64,000 bases of DNA from Alkalispirochaeta sp. Its GTDB lineage: Bacteria; Spirochaetota; Spirochaetia; DSM-27196; Alkalispirochaetaceae. Positions 61,728-64,000 of the stretch are shown here, piece by piece. The stretch's first letter is position 1; each line of letters begins with the position of its first letter. The position numbers were made by a program, and so were the translations under genes. The notes under the pieces were generated by a model that was not told the origin of the DNA, searched no databases, and saw nothing but the letters and a program-made list of their open reading frames with translations. Location: NCBI GenBank assembly GCA_965601925.1, contig OZ271854.1:128001-192000 (forward strand), given 5' to 3'.

Positions 61728-62780
61728 TCATGATCGCATCCGTGCGGGGCGCCGTCGGCATAGCGCGCGCGCAAGGCGGTGAAGTGCCCGACTCTCGCGT
61801 CGGATGATCGTACGTCCCAACCGCTCGAGACGGCGCATGTTCTCCTCGCTGGCGTCGTCCATCTCGGCGCTGACCTCTCCCAGGTCGGCGTTGAATCGAA
61901 AATACTCCACCCGCGGCAGACTCTTGAGCGCGTGGGCTACCGACTCGCTCTGGCCGTCCCACATCATCGAGGTGATCGGTACACCGTGAATCGGCGAGAC
62001 CCAGTCGAGATAGCCCCACTTACGAATGGTTTCGAACGGAAAGTGGCGTTTGCTGCGCCCCGTCCCAATGGACACGATGAGATACTGGCGCGCATCGGGA
62101 TAGAGTTTACGCGCCTCGACGTAGGCGTTGAGCGCCGGATTGTTGGCGACCAACCCGCCGTCGACGAGGCTATACGTCGTCCCGTCGCCCGAGACGATCT
62201 GGGCGGGAATGAAGTAGGTGGGAGCGGCGGTCGTCGAGCGTGCAATATCCTTTAGCAGAAAATCGTCGGACGGCTCTTTGGAGGTGATCGCGGCATCCTT
62301 GCCTCGCGCCGCCGCGCCGTTTACCACGTGGCGAAAGAAGAACGGCCCCCGATTATCGGTGTCATACGCGGTAACCAAAGTATTTGCGAGACATTCGCTC
62401 AACCGCGCATCGCCGAACAGTCGCTCCAACAAGGATTCAAAGGGATTCGCGTCGTACTTGTGCGCAAAGGCCTGCCGCATGGCGGATACCGAGGCGAATC
62501 GACCGACGGGAAAGATCGATCCGGACTCTTCCATGTAAAAGCGTACGATCTCCTCGGGAGACAACGGATTCGGCTGTACCAACCCGAGGGTGAGGAGCGC
62601 TCCGGTAGAGGTACCGGCAAAGATATCGAATAGTCGGTGAACGCGCACATCATCCGGGCGCTTCATCCACGTTTTGAGAAAACGCACTCGTCGGAGGATG
62701 TCGCGGATAAGCATAGCGGGAATGACCCCTCGCACGCCTCCGCCGTCCACGGAGAGGATGGCAACGGTACCGCGCTTCAC
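61728..62780 (-). CDS. Patatin-like phospholipase
   Basis: DGGGVRG; GTSTG; DGGL. Confidence 0.93.
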   Translation of the reverse strand: MKRGTVAILSVDGGGVRGVIPAMLIRDILRRVRFLKTWMKRPDDVRVHRLFDIFAGTSTGALLTLGLVQPNPLSPEEIVRFYMEESGSIFPVGRFASVSAMRQAFAHKYDANPFESLLERLFGDARLSECLANTLVTAYDTDNRGPFFFRHVVNGAAARGKDAAITSKEPSDDFLLKDIARSTTAAPTYFIPAQIVSGDGTTYSLVDGGLVANNPALNAYVEARKLYPDARQYLIVSIGTGRSKRHFPFETIRKWGYLDWVSPIHGVPITSMMWDGQSESVAHALKSLPRVEYFRFNADLGEVSAEMDDASEENMRRLERLGRTIIRRESRALHRLARALCRRRPARMRS

Positions 62781-62826
62781 CGCACGATCCTACGGGAGGG
62801 GCGCCACATCGTCACGGGGCGTTGAA

Positions 62827-63414
62827 TCAGATGTCGAACATGCTTTTCAGATGGTCGAATATCTGCGACAGAGCGCCGCGATATTGACCGTCCAAGCGCC
62901 CGAGATTGTCCTGCAACACTGCGGAAAATTCGGGATCGGTCGATGGATCGATCCGTACGGGGCGTCCGTACTGCTGCTCGAGCTGTTGCTCCTTCTGCCG
63001 AAGACGGGGCCCGAACTGCTGCCTGAGAGACTCGATCATCTGCTGACGATCGGCGAGATACTGGGAAAAAAACTCCCGCGTCTGCCGCATAATGCTGCGA
63101 AGCGTACCGCGGTCGCCCCCGAGCTCGGATAGAGCCTTCTCGGTGGTGTCGAGGTTTTCCAGATCGGATTCGTACTGCGGGAGGGTAAGATTGCTGAGTA
63201 TGACCTCAAAGAGCCCTTCTCTCACCCACGCACGACGCTCTCCCGGCAAGCTCGCGAGCTCTTTCGCTATATCGACACTCTCCCCGGACCGCAGGCGAGC
63301 GTATAGTCGTTTTCCATCTTTCTGCGCTTCGTTGCGATGCAGCGCTTCGGGATCCCCGGCGATGTCACGAGTGCGCTCCAGCGCGAGCTCCAAGGCGGAC
63401 TTTATTTCTCCCAT
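62827..63414 (-). CDS. Conserved hypothetical protein (DUF6657-like)
   Basis: MGEIKSALELALERT N-terminus. Confidence 0.7.
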   Translation of the reverse strand: MGEIKSALELALERTRDIAGDPEALHRNEAQKDGKRLYARLRSGESVDIAKELASLPGERRAWVREGLFEVILSNLTLPQYESDLENLDTTEKALSELGGDRGTLRSIMRQTREFFSQYLADRQQMIESLRQQFGPRLRQKEQQLEQQYGRPVRIDPSTDPEFSAVLQDNLGRLDGQYRGALSQIFDHLKSMFDI

Positions 63415-63728
63415 GGCCTCAATATAACAAAAACGCGGCGTGCGACGAAAGTGCGATCATGCGATACCGCCCGAGCCCTCAAAAGAAGTGCTGAAACCCA
63501 AACGACACGCCACCGGGATCGGTTCGTTCCGCTATTCCCCACCAAACGGACGACATTCCGCCACCCTTGACCGAGACTGCAGGATACGTACGTAATGGTC
63601 CAACGCGCACATCGGTGCAATGCCGAAGGGGACGGACACCGGTCGGTCGACGATACGCGAATCATCAGCGGTATGACCCAATACCGGATCGGACCGCGTT
63701 CACCCGTGGATACGGAGATGGATACACG

Positions 63729-64000
63729 ATGAAAGACAAACGGATAATCATCATCGGTTCCGCGGGAGCGCTGGGACGGCACGTTGTCGAGAAGGCAATA
63801 GCATCATTTGGAGTAGAGAGCATTGTGTTATCCGACTACAAGCCGAATAGACTCGAGGCTCAAAGAGAGGGAGTCGGGACGAGGTTCGGAATTTCCCCAT
63901 CGACCGAGGTAATCGACATACGCTCACCGGAGAGTATCAGGCGGGGCCTCGATACCGTTGATCTGGTAATCGTCGCAACACAGCAAATCGATCCGCTCAT
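63729..64000 (+). CDS. Rossmann-fold protein (saccharopine dehydrogenase-like), partial
   Basis: MKDKRIIIIGSAGALGRHVV; open to the window end. Confidence 0.6.
   Translation, partial: MKDKRIIIIGSAGALGRHVVEKAIASFGVESIVLSDYKPNRLEAQREGVGTRFGISPSTEVIDIRSPESIRRGLDTVDLVIVATQQIDPL

Noticed and set aside
61728..62780. Patatin as a CBASS effector
   Set aside because: No cyclase or other defence genes nearby; the context is housekeeping
1..64000. CRISPR arrays, tRNA/rRNA genes, IS elements
   Set aside because: No regular repeat-spacer pattern, RNA-gene signature or transposase seen by eye

Overview
High-GC bacterial chromosome segment. A free-living Spirochaetia/Spirochaetaceae member is the likely source, inferred from gene types such as the short spirochaete-type parC/parE, the RelA-domain-TPR protein, the MCP and several lipoproteins. 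All family names come from motif recognition by eye; no searches were run. 1-23.8 kb is accessory and metabolic: a MACPF lipoprotein plus an alpha/beta-hydrolase lipoprotein, NUDIX, two GH2 glycosidases, AraC/MarR/ArsR regulators, a sugar ABC transporter, an MCP and a vapBC toxin-antitoxin pair. 37.5-64 kb is mostly housekeeping (fpg-like, parC, parE, eda, trkAH, FTR/glutaredoxin, threonine aldolase, ychF and others). The main result is 25048-37366 (- strand): an intact, tightly packed 15-gene contractile phage-tail operon with no capsid, portal, terminase, integrase, replication or holin genes. It sits behind its own AT-rich leader. It keeps an in-frame -1 frameshift site in the tail chaperone, has a shortened tape measure, fuses a peptidoglycan amidase to a putative spike-tip domain, and carries a six-repeat beta-propeller in its tail fibre. 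This makes it a candidate tailocin or contractile injection system of a non-canonical (DUF3383-sheath/Gp138-spike-like) lineage. Many operon-leading host genes also look leaderless.
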